Part shown: piece after piece, positions 36,121-48,003 of the stretch
Layout of the letters: each line of letters begins with the position of its first letter
Numbering within the stretch: the stretch's first letter is position 1
Assembly (NCBI GenBank): GCA_001600695.1
Contig: BCKQ01000001.1
Coordinates: forward strand, 2,324,680 to 2,388,679
DNA: 64,000 bases
From: Ascoidea asiatica JCM 7603
Taxonomy: Eukaryota; Fungi; Ascomycota
Reading direction: 5' to 3'
Notes under the pieces: generated by a model
What the model was told of the DNA's origin: nothing
Seen by the model: the letters and a program-made list of their open reading frames with translations, nothing else
Databases searched by the model: none
Program-made: the position numbers and the translations under genes

Positions 36121-36170
36121 TGCCCTAAAGTTAGGGCAGTCTCACTTAACGCCATATAATTTCGCCCTAA
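36121..36170. promoter_or_regulatory. Tbf1-type sites: inverted repeat TGCCCTAA-AG-TTAGGGCA plus a third GCCCTAA
   Basis: TTAGGG cores in the EMC3/BDP1 divergent promoter. Confidence 0.55.
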
Positions 36171-36420
36171 TGGTTTGCCCTGTATAATATCATTCTCTGT
36201 CCCGGTTCTCTTTTCTTCCAACGGGTTTTCACCTCGAATAAATTTGATTCTTTTATAAAATTTACATTATCTCTGTTTTCGGCTCATGATCATCACAAAC
36301 AATAAATTTCAAAATTTCAGTATTCAAAACAACTTTTTTGCATCTTATTTCTTTTTACCCAAATATTCTTCAAAACTGCTTTATAGATTTTATGATAATT
36401 ATTTCAGTTAACGCCACTAG

Positions 36421-38610
36421 ATGAGTTTTATCAGTAAGTCTCGCAACTTTTTTCTATTTTTTTTACTTTCTGTAATATAATGGGCATTTATTTCATCAAA
36501 AAGAGCAATTACTAATATTCGATGTTATAACTTTCATGAAGATAAGTCTGGTGCTCGTTTTGCCCCAAAGGCTATTCGCAGATCGAGGATAAACACCGAT
36601 AAAGTTAAATCAAATCAGCAAATAAATGAAAAAACAAATAGTACAAATGATGCTTCCGAAATAAATAATAATTCAGCTTCAAATTCAAATATAGTTCTGT
36701 TATCAAATCAAAATAAAGAAAATGAAAATCAAAGTAATTCATCAAGAAATATCTCAGAAGATACTTCAAATGATAATTTAAATAATATCTTAATAATTGG
36801 GTCAAACACCACTGCAAAAAAATCAAATAATCCTATAGTTACTCCGATAAGTTTAAATTTAAATGCCACAAAAAGTTCAAATTTAGATTCTGATTTAATT
36901 CCAATAAGAAAAAGAAGACTATCCTCATTATCTTCAAAACCTCCAATTCCAAATAGCATGCTGAAAAAAGTATCTTTCTCTATAGATTCATCTCATTCAA
37001 GAAGAAGTTCAATCTCTATTGACACTAATAAATTCAAAAGTCTGGATAGAATTTTAACTCCTTCTCTGTCCTTGAAAAAAAAAAAAAAAAAATCAGGTTC
37101 TTCTATAACTTTCCAGAATACTTTCAATGATAACGAGACTTCAAGATTCTCAATAGTTAAAAGAAGTAAAAAAATCAATATGAACGCTTCTGTAATATCT
37201 AATCCTATTGAAATGCTTAATCAAGACACAGATGAATCCCTAAATTCAGATTCAAGTCCTCTGCCAAATAATAATAATAATGATAATAATATTGACAAAG
37301 AATCAAAGTCTTTAAAAAACAGTATTTCCGAAAAAGGTAATTCAGAAATTTCCCCATTTGCAGAAGCAGAAAAAGTTAGACAATTGAAAGAAAAAAAAGA
37401 AGCTAATATTTCTATGATAAAAGAACTTGAAAATGAAATTGGTGGAGAACAGGCAGATGACGATGATAATGATGATAACTTTGATATAATAATTGATCCT
37501 GTTACAAATAAATTGAGAAGAGTTAAAAAGAAGACCGCTGAGTATGTTAACAGAACAATTGAAGATTTAACAATAACAAGTATGCATCAATTATCAACTA
37601 AAGGTTTATCCAAAATTAAACCTGAGTTACTTGAAAAATATATTTTTGATGAATCTTCAATAACATTAGGTGATTTATGTAAACCTTTTATTCCTATTGG
37701 AAAAATCTCTGAAAATTATGAAACTGCCGAAAATGCAAATCAAAAAAAGAAAGATGAAGCACTTAAAAGAAAAGAAGTCCGAAAAAAGGCAAGAGAAAAA
37801 AGAGTTTCTGTTAATAAATTAATGGAAGATGAAGAAAATGAACAAGAAGAAAAAAGAAAACTTGCTTTAGCTAAACTTGCTTCTATTGAAGATAAAATTG
37901 AGCATGATGAAAATTCCAGTGGACCAGCAGCATCAATGAAAATTAGAATGAATAAAGATGGTGAGTTATTATTAGATGAAGAGAGTACGTTTGTTGATAG
38001 ACATGAAAGATCCTACGCTTTAGATACAAGAATTCGTGTAACCGATAATCCTTTTGAAAATCCTGTTAATTCAAGCACTTTCTCAAAATACCAATATTCT
38101 GAGAAATGGACATTTAAGGAAACAGTTTTGTTTTTCAATGCTTTATCTACTTGGGGTACTGATTTTGCTTTAATCTCCAAAATATTTCCTTATAGAGATC
38201 GAAGACAAATTAAACTTAAATTCACTCTCGAAGAAAGAAGAAATCCACATATTGTGGAATTATCCTTAACTCGAAAACTACCTATTGACATAAATGCATA
38301 TGTTAAAGAGGTTAATAAGGGAAAGCTGGAAGATGAAGAAACCAAATTCAAATCATTGTTTGAATTTGAAAGAGAGCTAAAACACTTAAGATCTCAACAT
38401 GAAGAATCAATTAAACAAATGCTAAAAGAAAAACAAAAAGCTAAACAGGAAGATGATGAAGCTGAAAGAAGAAAAGAAATTGAGATTAGAACTGGTATAA
38501 GAAAATTAACTAGAAGTGAACAATTATCTCAATTAAGAAAACATGAAGAAGTTCTTGGTAATATTGATGAAATGATTGATAGGCCAAAGCCTGTGCGGCC
38601 TCGTCCTTAA
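36421..38610 (+). CDS. BDP1: TFIIIB subunit Bdp1 (B''); join(36421..36433,36542..38610), 693 aa
   Basis: The spliced N-terminus MSFINKSGARFAPK matches Bdp1 MSSIVNKSGTRFAPK. No stop occurs between 36544 and the track ORF at 36958. SANT domain: NPFENPVNSSTF...W...ET..F..AL..WGTDF.LIS..FP.R.R.QIK.KF..EE. Confidence 0.93.
36434..36541 (+). other. Spliceosomal intron (108 nt) with AAG acceptor
   Basis: GTAAGT donor, TACTAAT branch at 36510-36516, AAG ending 36541; splicing gives the conserved N-terminus. Confidence 0.85.
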
Positions 38611-38837
38611 TCATAATTCAAATAAAATAGTGTCGTTCATTCACATTTTATTTTACTAATTTTTTTTGGTTTTTTGGATTTTGGTTTTTTGGATTTTTTT
38701 GTAACTGCATGATCATTTAAGGGTTGCATAATTTTTTTCATTTTTTTTATCGAATTATTTGATGGTTATAATAAAAGTAAATTTATCTTTGTATATTACA
38801 ATTATAGTAATTAAATATTCTATAATAATTAAATTAT

Positions 38838-41447
38838 TTAAAACATATCAAATAGACTTTTTGCCTTTTTAACGTTTTGTGTTGGGCCTAATTGTTGAAT
38901 TTCTTCACTTTCACTCTCGTAGTCTTCCCCCTTAGAATTGGAACCCTGTGCTTGAGAAGAGTTATAATTCTCATGCATTTGCGAATGTTTTCGTTTCGTA
39001 TTACTATCGTTTTCAACCCATTTAATTTCATCATTATTTTCTTCTCCAAATGGATTACTATCATTATTGAGAAGTAAAGATTTTTTGTTAGTTTCGAATT
39101 CTTGAGTTTCCTGTGATTCAGAAATAGGAACAGTCGATCTATTCAATATAGAAACATGATTTGTCCCCCTAATTCTTGAGCCAGGTTTTGAAAAAATTTC
39201 TTCTTCATTTACATTTGCTTCATATCTTGAAGCCCCTCTTTTCTGGGTTTTATCATAATGTGATATATGAAAACCATCATTTTCATCAATAACTATTACT
39301 GATTTTTTTTCTTTTAATCCTATTTTTTCATTTTTGTCAATACTGGTATTCGTAATATCAATTATACTGCTACTTTTATTTCTAGATCTTAAATTTTGAT
39401 TATTTTCATTAGAACCGGATGATCTTGAAATATTTAGTTGGTTATTGAAATTATTCTCGAGATTTTTAGTCTTGTAATCAAAATTTGGATCAGTTACTTT
39501 TCCTTTAGATTCTTCAACTTGGTTTTCATCATCACTTTCTTCCTCTGTTTCTTCAGAATCTTCGTTAACGTTTTCATCATATCCAGTATCATTGTATCCA
39601 TCGCCGTTATAATTATCAAAACTATCACCCAGTTTTTCAGAATCGATTTCCTTTGTTCTTTTGGTGCTAGTATATATATCTGAGCGGCTTTTTTTTCGGG
39701 AATTGTCCATTGGAGATGAAACCTGAGTCTTTTGAATACTTTGCGATTCTTCAAGATCTTCTGGAACAAATAATCCTTCATTTGACATTAATTTTCCTCT
39801 CGGAATTCTGATTTCACTAGTTAACTTCTTTTCAAAGACAGGTGAAAGTGATTTTTCGTGTTCCAATTTAACAGATAAAGTTCTTTTTATTCTATTAATT
39901 TTATCAGAAACTTTATTAATATCCTTTTCTGTATGAGCTAATTTGAGTCGTTTGACAGATTTTATATCATCGACCATTGATTCATCATCTATTGTGAGTT
40001 GAAGAAATTTTGTATACACCAATTTATTGAAAATAGAGCATTCATATAATACTGGATCTCCTGGTTGACTGAAATAAATATCAAAAGATAATTGGTCTTC
40101 AATTGAAAAATCATTAGTTGTGTCATAATTATTCGTATTATTCAAAGAATTATTTACAGTATTATTATTATTGGCATTATTAATGTTATTATCAATATTA
40201 GTAGTATTATTTGCATTTGATTGAGGAATTGTGGAATTGAAGTTACCTAATTTCACGGAATTTGAAGAATAAGAAGAAATAAGATTGATGAAAATTTTAA
40301 AATCTCTTAAGTTAAAACTGATTTTAACCTCCTCATTATTATTTTCCTCAGAAAGATAAAAATTTATTAGATCATCAATATCTATACCAATACTTAAATT
40401 CATTGAATTTTTTAATAAATGATTTTTTTCATTTCTTATTGATTTTGTAAAACCGATTAAAATTAATTTATTGATTTTTTTATTAATTAATAATTGGAAA
40501 TCTTCAGTTTGATTTGGATTCGAGTCCAAAAAGGATTTAACAAAAAAATTGTTTATGACTAAATAATTTATATCTTTTATATTTTTTTTTTTTTCTAAGT
40601 TCAAATAATAAGAGTTGCTGTCGGTAATACTTTTAAGTATATCAACATCGTTAGATAATTGAGTATGTGAATGAGATTTTGAATTGAGACTAGTTCTAGA
40701 ATTATTTCTTGACAAAATTGTAGAGGTATATCTTGAATTTTGTTTTGAAGCTAAATTTGATGAAGATTCATTAGTGGATTGTAACTGAGAATGTAAATCA
40801 GAGTGCAATTGAGATTCAGATTGATTTGGATTACTTGAATTTAAACATCTTTCTAATCTTTGTTTGTAAAGATCAGCAACATTAAAGTTATGATCTTGCT
40901 GAACATTATAAGGTTGAAAAAAAAGAGAAAACTGTTTTTTAACTTTTCTAACTGAAATAATTTCAACTAATAATTTATATCTATGAATTCTAGGACAATT
41001 TCTGTTACAATTAAAACTTAAAATTAAATTATTGATTTTTAAATCATCCGAATTACCAGAATTAACTAGACCTTCAGTGAAATTATTACTATTGTTACTA
41101 TTACTATTGTTGTTATAATTATTGTTATTAACAAATCTGAATAAAGTCAAAAGATGTTTAGATAGAACAGTGAAAGTATAGGTTGATTTGAAAGGATTTA
41201 AATTATCACACTTGAAACCATCTTTTATTATTGAATCTTTTTCATATTTAAATTGAAAATTATTAAAAAACTTTTTATTGAATTTAATTTCACCAATTGA
41301 AGTTTTTGAAGAATTTCTGGAAGATAAAATCAAATGATTTACCGTAACTTCAAATTTAATATAATCAGATAATGAAGCTAAAGAGCTTATTGATTTTGCA
41401 AAGAATTGTTTTGAAGCAGGATCATGAATAGTTGCACTAAAGGACAT
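38838..41447 (-). CDS. DDC1: 9-1-1 checkpoint clamp subunit Ddc1 (Rad9 family)
   Basis: MSFSATI...F.K.I..L..L.D.IK..VT...LI....N...T.....F.K.FF, F.L.DFK.F, F..PGDP, and a C-terminal LGPTQ...K.LFD tail. Confidence 0.85.
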   Translation of the reverse strand: MSFSATIHDPASKQFFAKSISSLASLSDYIKFEVTVNHLILSSRNSSKTSIGEIKFNKKFFNNFQFKYEKDSIIKDGFKCDNLNPFKSTYTFTVLSKHLLTLFRFVNNNNYNNNSNSNNSNNFTEGLVNSGNSDDLKINNLILSFNCNRNCPRIHRYKLLVEIISVRKVKKQFSLFFQPYNVQQDHNFNVADLYKQRLERCLNSSNPNQSESQLHSDLHSQLQSTNESSSNLASKQNSRYTSTILSRNNSRTSLNSKSHSHTQLSNDVDILKSITDSNSYYLNLEKKKNIKDINYLVINNFFVKSFLDSNPNQTEDFQLLINKKINKLILIGFTKSIRNEKNHLLKNSMNLSIGIDIDDLINFYLSEENNNEEVKISFNLRDFKIFINLISSYSSNSVKLGNFNSTIPQSNANNTTNIDNNINNANNNNTVNNSLNNTNNYDTTNDFSIEDQLSFDIYFSQPGDPVLYECSIFNKLVYTKFLQLTIDDESMVDDIKSVKRLKLAHTEKDINKVSDKINRIKRTLSVKLEHEKSLSPVFEKKLTSEIRIPRGKLMSNEGLFVPEDLEESQSIQKTQVSSPMDNSRKKSRSDIYTSTKRTKEIDSEKLGDSFDNYNGDGYNDTGYDENVNEDSEETEEESDDENQVEESKGKVTDPNFDYKTKNLENNFNNQLNISRSSGSNENNQNLRSRNKSSSIIDITNTSIDKNEKIGLKEKKSVIVIDENDGFHISHYDKTQKRGASRYEANVNEEEIFSKPGSRIRGTNHVSILNRSTVPISESQETQEFETNKKSLLLNNDSNPFGEENNDEIKWVENDSNTKRKHSQMHENYNSSQAQGSNSKGEDYESESEEIQQLGPTQNVKKAKSLFDMF

Positions 41448-42199
41448 TCTTTTTGAGAAAACAAATGATATAAAATATTAATATCAAAGGGGAAAATAAA
41501 AAGTCAAGGGAATACTTATATTTCAATCATATTCAGATACTTCGAATTAGTCAATAAAGACAAAGTTTCTTAATGATGACAGTGATTAGATAAGACGCTT
41601 ATTTCCAGTGGAGTTTTAGAAATCAAATACAAATGATTCCAATAGTTTCAATGATTCCAATTATTTTAATAATCTCAATTATATCAATGATTGTGATTGT
41701 TTGAATAATTTTATTCTTTGAATCTTCTTAATATTCATATTCTCTCGATGCTTTTGACGTTTTGGATATAGAAATCCGGTGGTATCTATTTCCGGCAATG
41801 ACATTTAACCGCGGATTCTCTGATTTTGAAGTAATCGCCATACTCAAGCTTAAAAAGAATACGCGGATAATTAGCAGCGATCTAAGCACCCGTGGTTCTG
41901 GTTTTAGAAATGAAGCGTGGAGAACCGAAATTTAAAATACTTTTGATCAAAAAGAACAAGTTTCTTTAATAAATTAAAATATAATGAAAAGTTCTGTTCA
42001 TCGAGATTAGATATAAAATATTTAAAAAATACAATTTATTGAAGTAAATCAGGCTAAGTGGATCATATAAATTGACTGGATCCCACTGGATTATACTAGG
42101 CTTTGTTAACTTTTTTATTGAGAGCAAGCAAATTTTTTTTTTTCATAAATCAAATTAGAAAATTTACAGAAACAAATATATATATATATATATTTAAAA

Positions 42200-42961
42200 A
42201 TGGATGAACAAACAGAACCACAAAAGATTGTGAAAATATCAGTTTATACACCACTTGCATATGTTGGTGTTATATTAACAATATTTATAATATTTGTTAA
42301 ATTATATCAAAAAAATCAATTGAAAAAAAAGTTACAAAGAAAATCATTATTTACAACTAATTTTCCAAAAGAAATGTATTATAATTTATTAGAAATGAAT
42401 CCAAAGCCTAATGAAAAAGTTATGAAAGCTGCATTTTTAAGAAGAGCAACTGAAATTGTCAGAAGGACGATTAAATTAAAAGAGTATGAACCAATGACTT
42501 TAAAATTATATGTAAATGGTTCAATCAATGAAGAAGTCTTTAACAATTTCAATGATGAAATAAAATTTCAAGAACTTGAGTTAAATTCTTTGATTCAAGA
42601 AATTGAAAGTTATAAAAAAGGTTGGACACCAAAATTCTTTCCTTTATTACAAGAAATTACATTTAATGAAGCTATCAGAAATAGAATTACTTCAATGGAT
42701 CAAAGAAAAGAAGATTTAATACAAACTTGGGGTCTTGATTTAGATAATTTAGATATTGATCCAAAAATTGGTGCTACTCTCAAAATAATTGAAAATCCAA
42801 AAAATAAAGATGAAGTCAAAAAAGAAACTCCAATTGTATTGAAAGAATCGTCAAATGTAAAAAATAATGCAGAAAATGAAGTTTCAAATACTACTGTTTC
42901 AACCAATACTGCTGCAAATAAATCACAAAAAAATAAGAAAAAGAATAAAAAGAAGAAATAA
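42200..42961 (+). CDS. SEC66: Sec63 complex subunit Sec66/Sec71
   Basis: ISVYTPLAYV TM anchor, EKVMKAA.LRRA.E..RR.IKLKE and E.E..K.GW. Confidence 0.93.
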   Translation: MDEQTEPQKIVKISVYTPLAYVGVILTIFIIFVKLYQKNQLKKKLQRKSLFTTNFPKEMYYNLLEMNPKPNEKVMKAAFLRRATEIVRRTIKLKEYEPMTLKLYVNGSINEEVFNNFNDEIKFQELELNSLIQEIESYKKGWTPKFFPLLQEITFNEAIRNRITSMDQRKEDLIQTWGLDLDNLDIDPKIGATLKIIENPKNKDEVKKETPIVLKESSNVKNNAENEVSNTTVSTNTAANKSQKNKKKNKKKK

Positions 42962-43644
42962 ATTGAGAGTAATTTATTAATGGTTTATTTTAACTAGTTG
43001 CTGATTTTTTTTTTTTTTTTCGTATCTACCATTATTATAGATTACTTTAATAAAAATTTTAACTTAAGTAAATTCAAGAAAATATTATCCGTGTTTTATT
43101 AAATTCAATTAGTTTAAAGATTATTTATAATTGTAGTCAAGTAGTTGAATTTGGTCAAAATACAAATGATCCTACGGTTGCAATTTTTATTTAAAAGTAA
43201 TTTTTATACAATTTCGCAGATTAGCTTTTCATATAGTCAATGCTTTAAGTTTTTAGTTTCAATCAAATTCAATTCAAAGTAGGGAATGGTACCTTGAAAT
43301 ACCCTTCATTTTGCAAATTTCTTTTCTTTCAATTGAATTTTGAATATTTCCAAATTTTTACAATCTTAAATTTCCATATATTCTTGATTTTTTGAGATAA
43401 TTTATAGATTTCTTTTTTTATTTGATTTTGAACTTTTGTAAACTTTTGAAAATACTAATCAGATTATATTGAAAAAGGATATGATATACAATTCTAAAAA
43501 TAAAATCATTTTGATTTTTTTAATTTTATATTATATTGAATTGAAATTGAAATTATTTTGAATAATAATATTAATCATAAAATTTATTAATTTATTAAAT
43601 TTTTTTATGTAGTTGTGATTTTGTTCATTATATTAATATTGAAA

Positions 43645-43992
43645 TTAAGCAGCAATGGTAACATCAACATCTACACCAGGTTCAATAGTAATTTGAGTGA
43701 TTTTCTTGACAATGGCAGCTGGTGCTTGTAAATCAATAACTCTTTTATGAATTCTCATTTCATAAGCATCCCAAGTTTTTGAACCTTCACCATTTGGAGT
43801 CTTTCTTGTGGAAATTCTTAAAACCTTTGTTGGCATTCTAACAGGACCTTTTTTAGCTAAACGATGACGATTTGCATTATCAATAATTGAAGAACAAACT
43901 TTTTCTAATTTTTGAACCTTAGTAGAAACTAAAGAGATTCTAATTTTGTGTATTTCTGGTTCTTCAACAACTTTGTCTTTTTGGTCACTCAT
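43645..43992 (-). CDS. RPS20: 40S ribosomal protein S20 (uS10)
   Basis: [49 protein letters not shown]. Confidence 0.98.
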   Translation of the reverse strand: MSDQKDKVVEEPEIHKIRISLVSTKVQKLEKVCSSIIDNANRHRLAKKGPVRMPTKVLRISTRKTPNGEGSKTWDAYEMRIHKRVIDLQAPAAIVKKITQITIEPGVDVDVTIAA

Positions 43993-44311
43993 CTTGGATA
44001 CTATATTTTTTTATTGAATGGTTCTACTTTAGTTCTTCAAATGAATTTCTATTATATCTAGAATTATTTTCATTTTTAATGAAGTTGTAATAATAATCTT
44101 CTACAATACAATACTTACCTTGCCATACCCAGAATTCCTTCCTTAGTCGCCAGTAATCACCATACAACCTTTGGAGCCAGACACTTTACCACAGGCGCCC
44201 TCGTTAGCCCAAGCTCGAATCGATCCCAGAGAAACCCGTGCTGATTTCTCCATCGCAGTCGAAACACCGCATTAGAAGAGATCAAGTTTGCGATAGAGCA
44301 ATGAGGGAAAA

Positions 44312-44437
44312 CACGTGCTTCATAGATTTTGTTTTCACTGAAAAACAAATGGTTATGAGAAAAAGATTACTTTAACTAATTCAAAGTAATTTCCCGTGAT
44401 AGTTCTAAGGGCTCTTACTTTTTAAAATAGAGCCCTT
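44312..44437. promoter_or_regulatory. RPS20 promoter: CACGTG (44312) and inverted repeat AAGGGCTCT-N13-AGAGCCCTT (44407-44437)
   Basis: Resembles the Cbf1 plus Tbf1/IFHL (AGGGCT...AGCCCT) layout of ribosomal-protein promoters described in Candida albicans. Confidence 0.45.
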
Positions 44438-45429
44438 TTAAAATTTTAGAATTTAGTTTCTAAACTTTAAACGAAGTTTGCATTTAAAGTTTAGCACCAT
44501 GGAATTTCTAATTTTTTGATTTTAAATCATCAAAGTGTTTATATGTCTCAAAAAGTTTCAATCTTCTAAATATTTTATACTAATCCGCTCAGGCAATATA
44601 AAAGAAATTCAAATAAAAAAAGGAATTAAAGAACTAAAAGGTTTATAAGGAAAAAGAAACGAGGATAAAATTTACAACAATAAAAAATAGACTTTAAACA
44701 ACTAATAATTAATAATTGTAAAAAATGATTATATAGATAAAAAGTTAAAAAAATCAGATATCGGGATATTAAAATAAGCAGAAACAATCATATTATAGAT
44801 ATAGTATACAAAAGTAGAAGCAGAAGAGGTATATAAAAAAATATAAAAAAAACAACAAAAAACACTACAAAAATCGAATAAGGTCCAAAAATAAAACAAA
44901 ACATATAAAAAAAAATAATGAGGAAGGTAGCACACATAAACCTGTTGTGAAAATATTGATTGAGGATATTGAATAAGGTAAGTGACTTCTATTTGAGAAA
45001 GTCTTTGAATTAAAATTTTTTGACAAAAATTTTGATCTGAAAAAACTTTAATTATTGATGTAGTTGATAAACGAAATTTAAAATGAAAAGTGCAAATAAT
45101 ATTGAATAATTATAACACTATTTCAAAAACAAAATCAAAAAGAAGAAAGTTAGAAAAAACTTGAAAAAACATGAAAAGGTAAACTGAAACAAATTATTTA
45201 AATAAAAAAGAATTGCTGAATTTGAATGAATAGTTAATAAGTCAATATTTTAATTAATAGCATCATTACAACTTCTTATAATTGTTATTATTACTAATAT
45301 TGATATTATTGATATAATTAGTAATTTAGATGAATGTCAAAAGTTAAAAACTTGGAAAAATGTTTGAAAAAAAAAAAGAGATAAAAAAACCAGAGAACAA
45401 AATCTGAAATAATATTGAAATATTATTAT

Positions 45430-47229
45430 TTAAAGACGATGACCAGGTACTAGAGCAAAAAGTACAGAAAAAGCTGCACTTGCTAAGCATACTAATAATA
45501 AAACCCATATACCTCTTCTTACTAATAATTTACCAACATAGTATTCTTTAATTTTCATTAATCCAAGTCTTTTTGAAAGTGAACCAGAGCCAATAGAATT
45601 ATTAAAATTATTTTCATAAGGACTAGTCGCATCTTTTTCTTCAATATCATTTGCATTTGTATTATAAGTTCTTGTTGTTTCAAAGTATCTTAAAAATGCT
45701 AAAACTGGATCTAATTTGAATAAAGAAGATAAAATAAAATAAGAACCGAAAAAAAAAGGTACAGTAACTGCAGGTCTTGAATGAGAAGGATTATAACCTA
45801 AGAATATTAAAGTATAACCAACCCAAAAAGCAGCAAAGAAGCAAAATATACCTAAGATTAATCTTGAATTATAAGATTTTAAAGTAATATTATTTAAAGC
45901 AGCATATTTTAAAAAATTTGGAAAAGCTTCTCTTTCCATTGCTTGAAATACATAATCTCTTGCTTCATCAAAAATTTCAGGATCATCTCTACCTTGAATT
46001 TCAATTGAGTGTCTAATTGATCTAACAATTCTTTCAGGTAATAATAATTTTTTTTCAGAATTATCAATAAAATAAGTAACTAAGATTCTTCTTGAACTTT
46101 GTCTTAAATCTTCTCTTGTAACTTTAATAGTATTATCATTAATATTATTATTATCAGTATTATTAATTGTATTAATATTTTTATTATCTTGATTAGTATT
46201 ATTGATATTAATATTTGAAGAATTATTATTATTATTATTATTTATATTATTTATATCATTAATTTGAGATTTTTCATCATTTTTTTTAAATTGATAATCA
46301 TCATCATCGTCATCATTTAACATTTGTTCAACCATTTCTGGAGAAACAGTTGGTAAACCAGCTGGACCAGAATTTAAAGAATGAGCCGATTTACTTTTTG
46401 AATTTTTTTCATTTGAAGAATGAGAAGGAGATTGATTATTATTATTGTTATTAATATTTGTTGTTGTTGTATTTAAGTTTGTATTTGAATTTGAATTTGT
46501 ATTTGTATTTGTATTTGAAGAATTTCTTTTATTATAAATTGATTCAATTTCATTTATAATTGATTCTCTTTTTGTTGGATTATTTGAAGATAAATGAAAT
46601 TCTTGAACTAAATTAGATAATCTTTGATCTTCAATTTGTTCATCACCTCTTAAAAAAGTTGATAATCTTCTTATATCTTTTTGAGATACATTACCATCAT
46701 TAATTAAAGCTTCTAATAAAAGAGAAGAAGTTACAGAAGCTCTTTGTTGTTGTTGAACTTGTTGTTGTTGTAGAAAAGGAGACTGTGTTAAAATTAAACC
46801 TTTTCCACCGGTAATTGAAGTTAGACCAGTTATATTTTTTTGTTGTTGTTGTTGTTGTTGCTGTTGTTGAGGAGTATTTGCGAAATTTTGAGAAGAAATT
46901 GGAGAATTTATTGAAGGAGAAGTTGCCATTTGTAAAAGATTTGGCAGACTATTATTATTATCTAACATAACAGATTTTCTTAAAGATTTAACATATTGTT
47001 TACATAAAGCTAAATGACTTACAACATCAATCCAAAAATCTAAATAATCTACAGCATGTTGATTATCTCTCATGAATATATAAAAAGACCATAAATCAAC
47101 AGGAGGTTGAGTTTTTCTATTTAAAACTTCAAATAAAGTTGGTAATCTATTTAATCTTTCTGAAGATGGACCATATTCATATAATTGAGAAATATCTGAA
47201 TTATCTGAATTTATTGGATTAACGCTCAT
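45430..47229 (-). CDS. RAX1: Bud-site/polarity landmark protein Rax1 (RGS-like domain plus 3 TM)
   Basis: RLPTLFEVLNRKTQPPVDLWSFYIFMRD...AVDYLDFWIDV, IE..GRDDPEIFDEARDYVFQAMEREAFP.FL, and an LVPGHRL terminus. Confidence 0.93.
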   Translation of the reverse strand: MSVNPINSDNSDISQLYEYGPSSERLNRLPTLFEVLNRKTQPPVDLWSFYIFMRDNQHAVDYLDFWIDVVSHLALCKQYVKSLRKSVMLDNNNSLPNLLQMATSPSINSPISSQNFANTPQQQQQQQQQQKNITGLTSITGGKGLILTQSPFLQQQQVQQQQRASVTSSLLLEALINDGNVSQKDIRRLSTFLRGDEQIEDQRLSNLVQEFHLSSNNPTKRESIINEIESIYNKRNSSNTNTNTNSNSNTNLNTTTTNINNNNNNQSPSHSSNEKNSKSKSAHSLNSGPAGLPTVSPEMVEQMLNDDDDDDYQFKKNDEKSQINDINNINNNNNNNSSNININNTNQDNKNINTINNTDNNNINDNTIKVTREDLRQSSRRILVTYFIDNSEKKLLLPERIVRSIRHSIEIQGRDDPEIFDEARDYVFQAMEREAFPNFLKYAALNNITLKSYNSRLILGIFCFFAAFWVGYTLIFLGYNPSHSRPAVTVPFFFGSYFILSSLFKLDPVLAFLRYFETTRTYNTNANDIEEKDATSPYENNFNNSIGSGSLSKRLGLMKIKEYYVGKLLVRRGIWVLLLVCLASAAFSVLFALVPGHRL

Positions 47230-47899
47230 TATTATTTTTATTATTATTATTAATGTTTGATATAATTATTGAAATAAGAACTAAGAACTAAGAAATGAGA
47301 TATAAAAAATTTGAAATAAAAAGTTTTGAATTAAATTAAATTGAATTAAATTAAATGAATGAATAAGTTGGATTAAAAACTCTTGAAGAATAAAAAAAAA
47401 AGATAGAAAAAACGGGAGATTGAATAAGTGATTAAATAGATGATTAATTTTTTATTTATATTAAATTATATAATAAATTATATTATTGTATTGAAGTTTT
47501 GTTTAATTTCAGATATTAATAATAGGATTGATTTATTTATTGAATGAACAGATTGATATAATTAAAACATATAATAAAGATATATAAATTTATAGTGAAA
47601 GAATTATGAAAATATTAATTATAGATTAATTATAAAAGATTATAAACGATTGAATAATAGTTAGAATTAATCTTTTTATTAAAATATAATAAAACTGACT
47701 GATTGATTGATTGAATTAATTAATTAATTTAAAATATAATAATAATATACTACTACTACTGTAATGATAGAGTTATCAGTAGAAATTCAACAATTAATAT
47801 ATATAAATATTTTGATAATTAAGAATTATCTGAAAGAAAGCAACAGAAAATTGAAGAGAAAAAAGAAAACAATAAGAATTGGAATAAAAATTAGAAGTA

Positions 47900-48003
47900 G
47901 AATAAAAATAAGAATATAAAAAATAAGAATAAGAATAAGAATAAGAATATGAATATGAATATGAATAGAAACACGAATAGAAATAGAAATAGGAATAGGA
48001 ATA
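47900..48003 (+). repeat. Compound hexamer microsatellite (AATAAG)n(AATATG)n(AATAGR)n upstream of RAX1
   Basis: Seen directly; it generates the spurious YS/IL-rich ORFs in the track. Confidence 0.8.

Noticed and set aside
41573-41823. ATGATGA box-C-like motif upstream of DDC1
   Set aside because: The nearest CTGA is about 250 nt away and there is no guide sequence.
44111-44340. ATACTTACCT on + matches the 5' end of U1 snRNA
   Set aside because: No stem-loop I with a GAUCA(C/A)GAAG loop, no AUUGCAC loop and no properly placed Sm site follow. It is better explained as a - strand splice donor or chance.
44978-45329. GTAAGT ... TACTAAT ... TAG on + downstream of RAX1
   Set aside because: No ORF or snoRNA is associated; it is antisense to the RAX1 3' region and expected by chance in AT-rich DNA.
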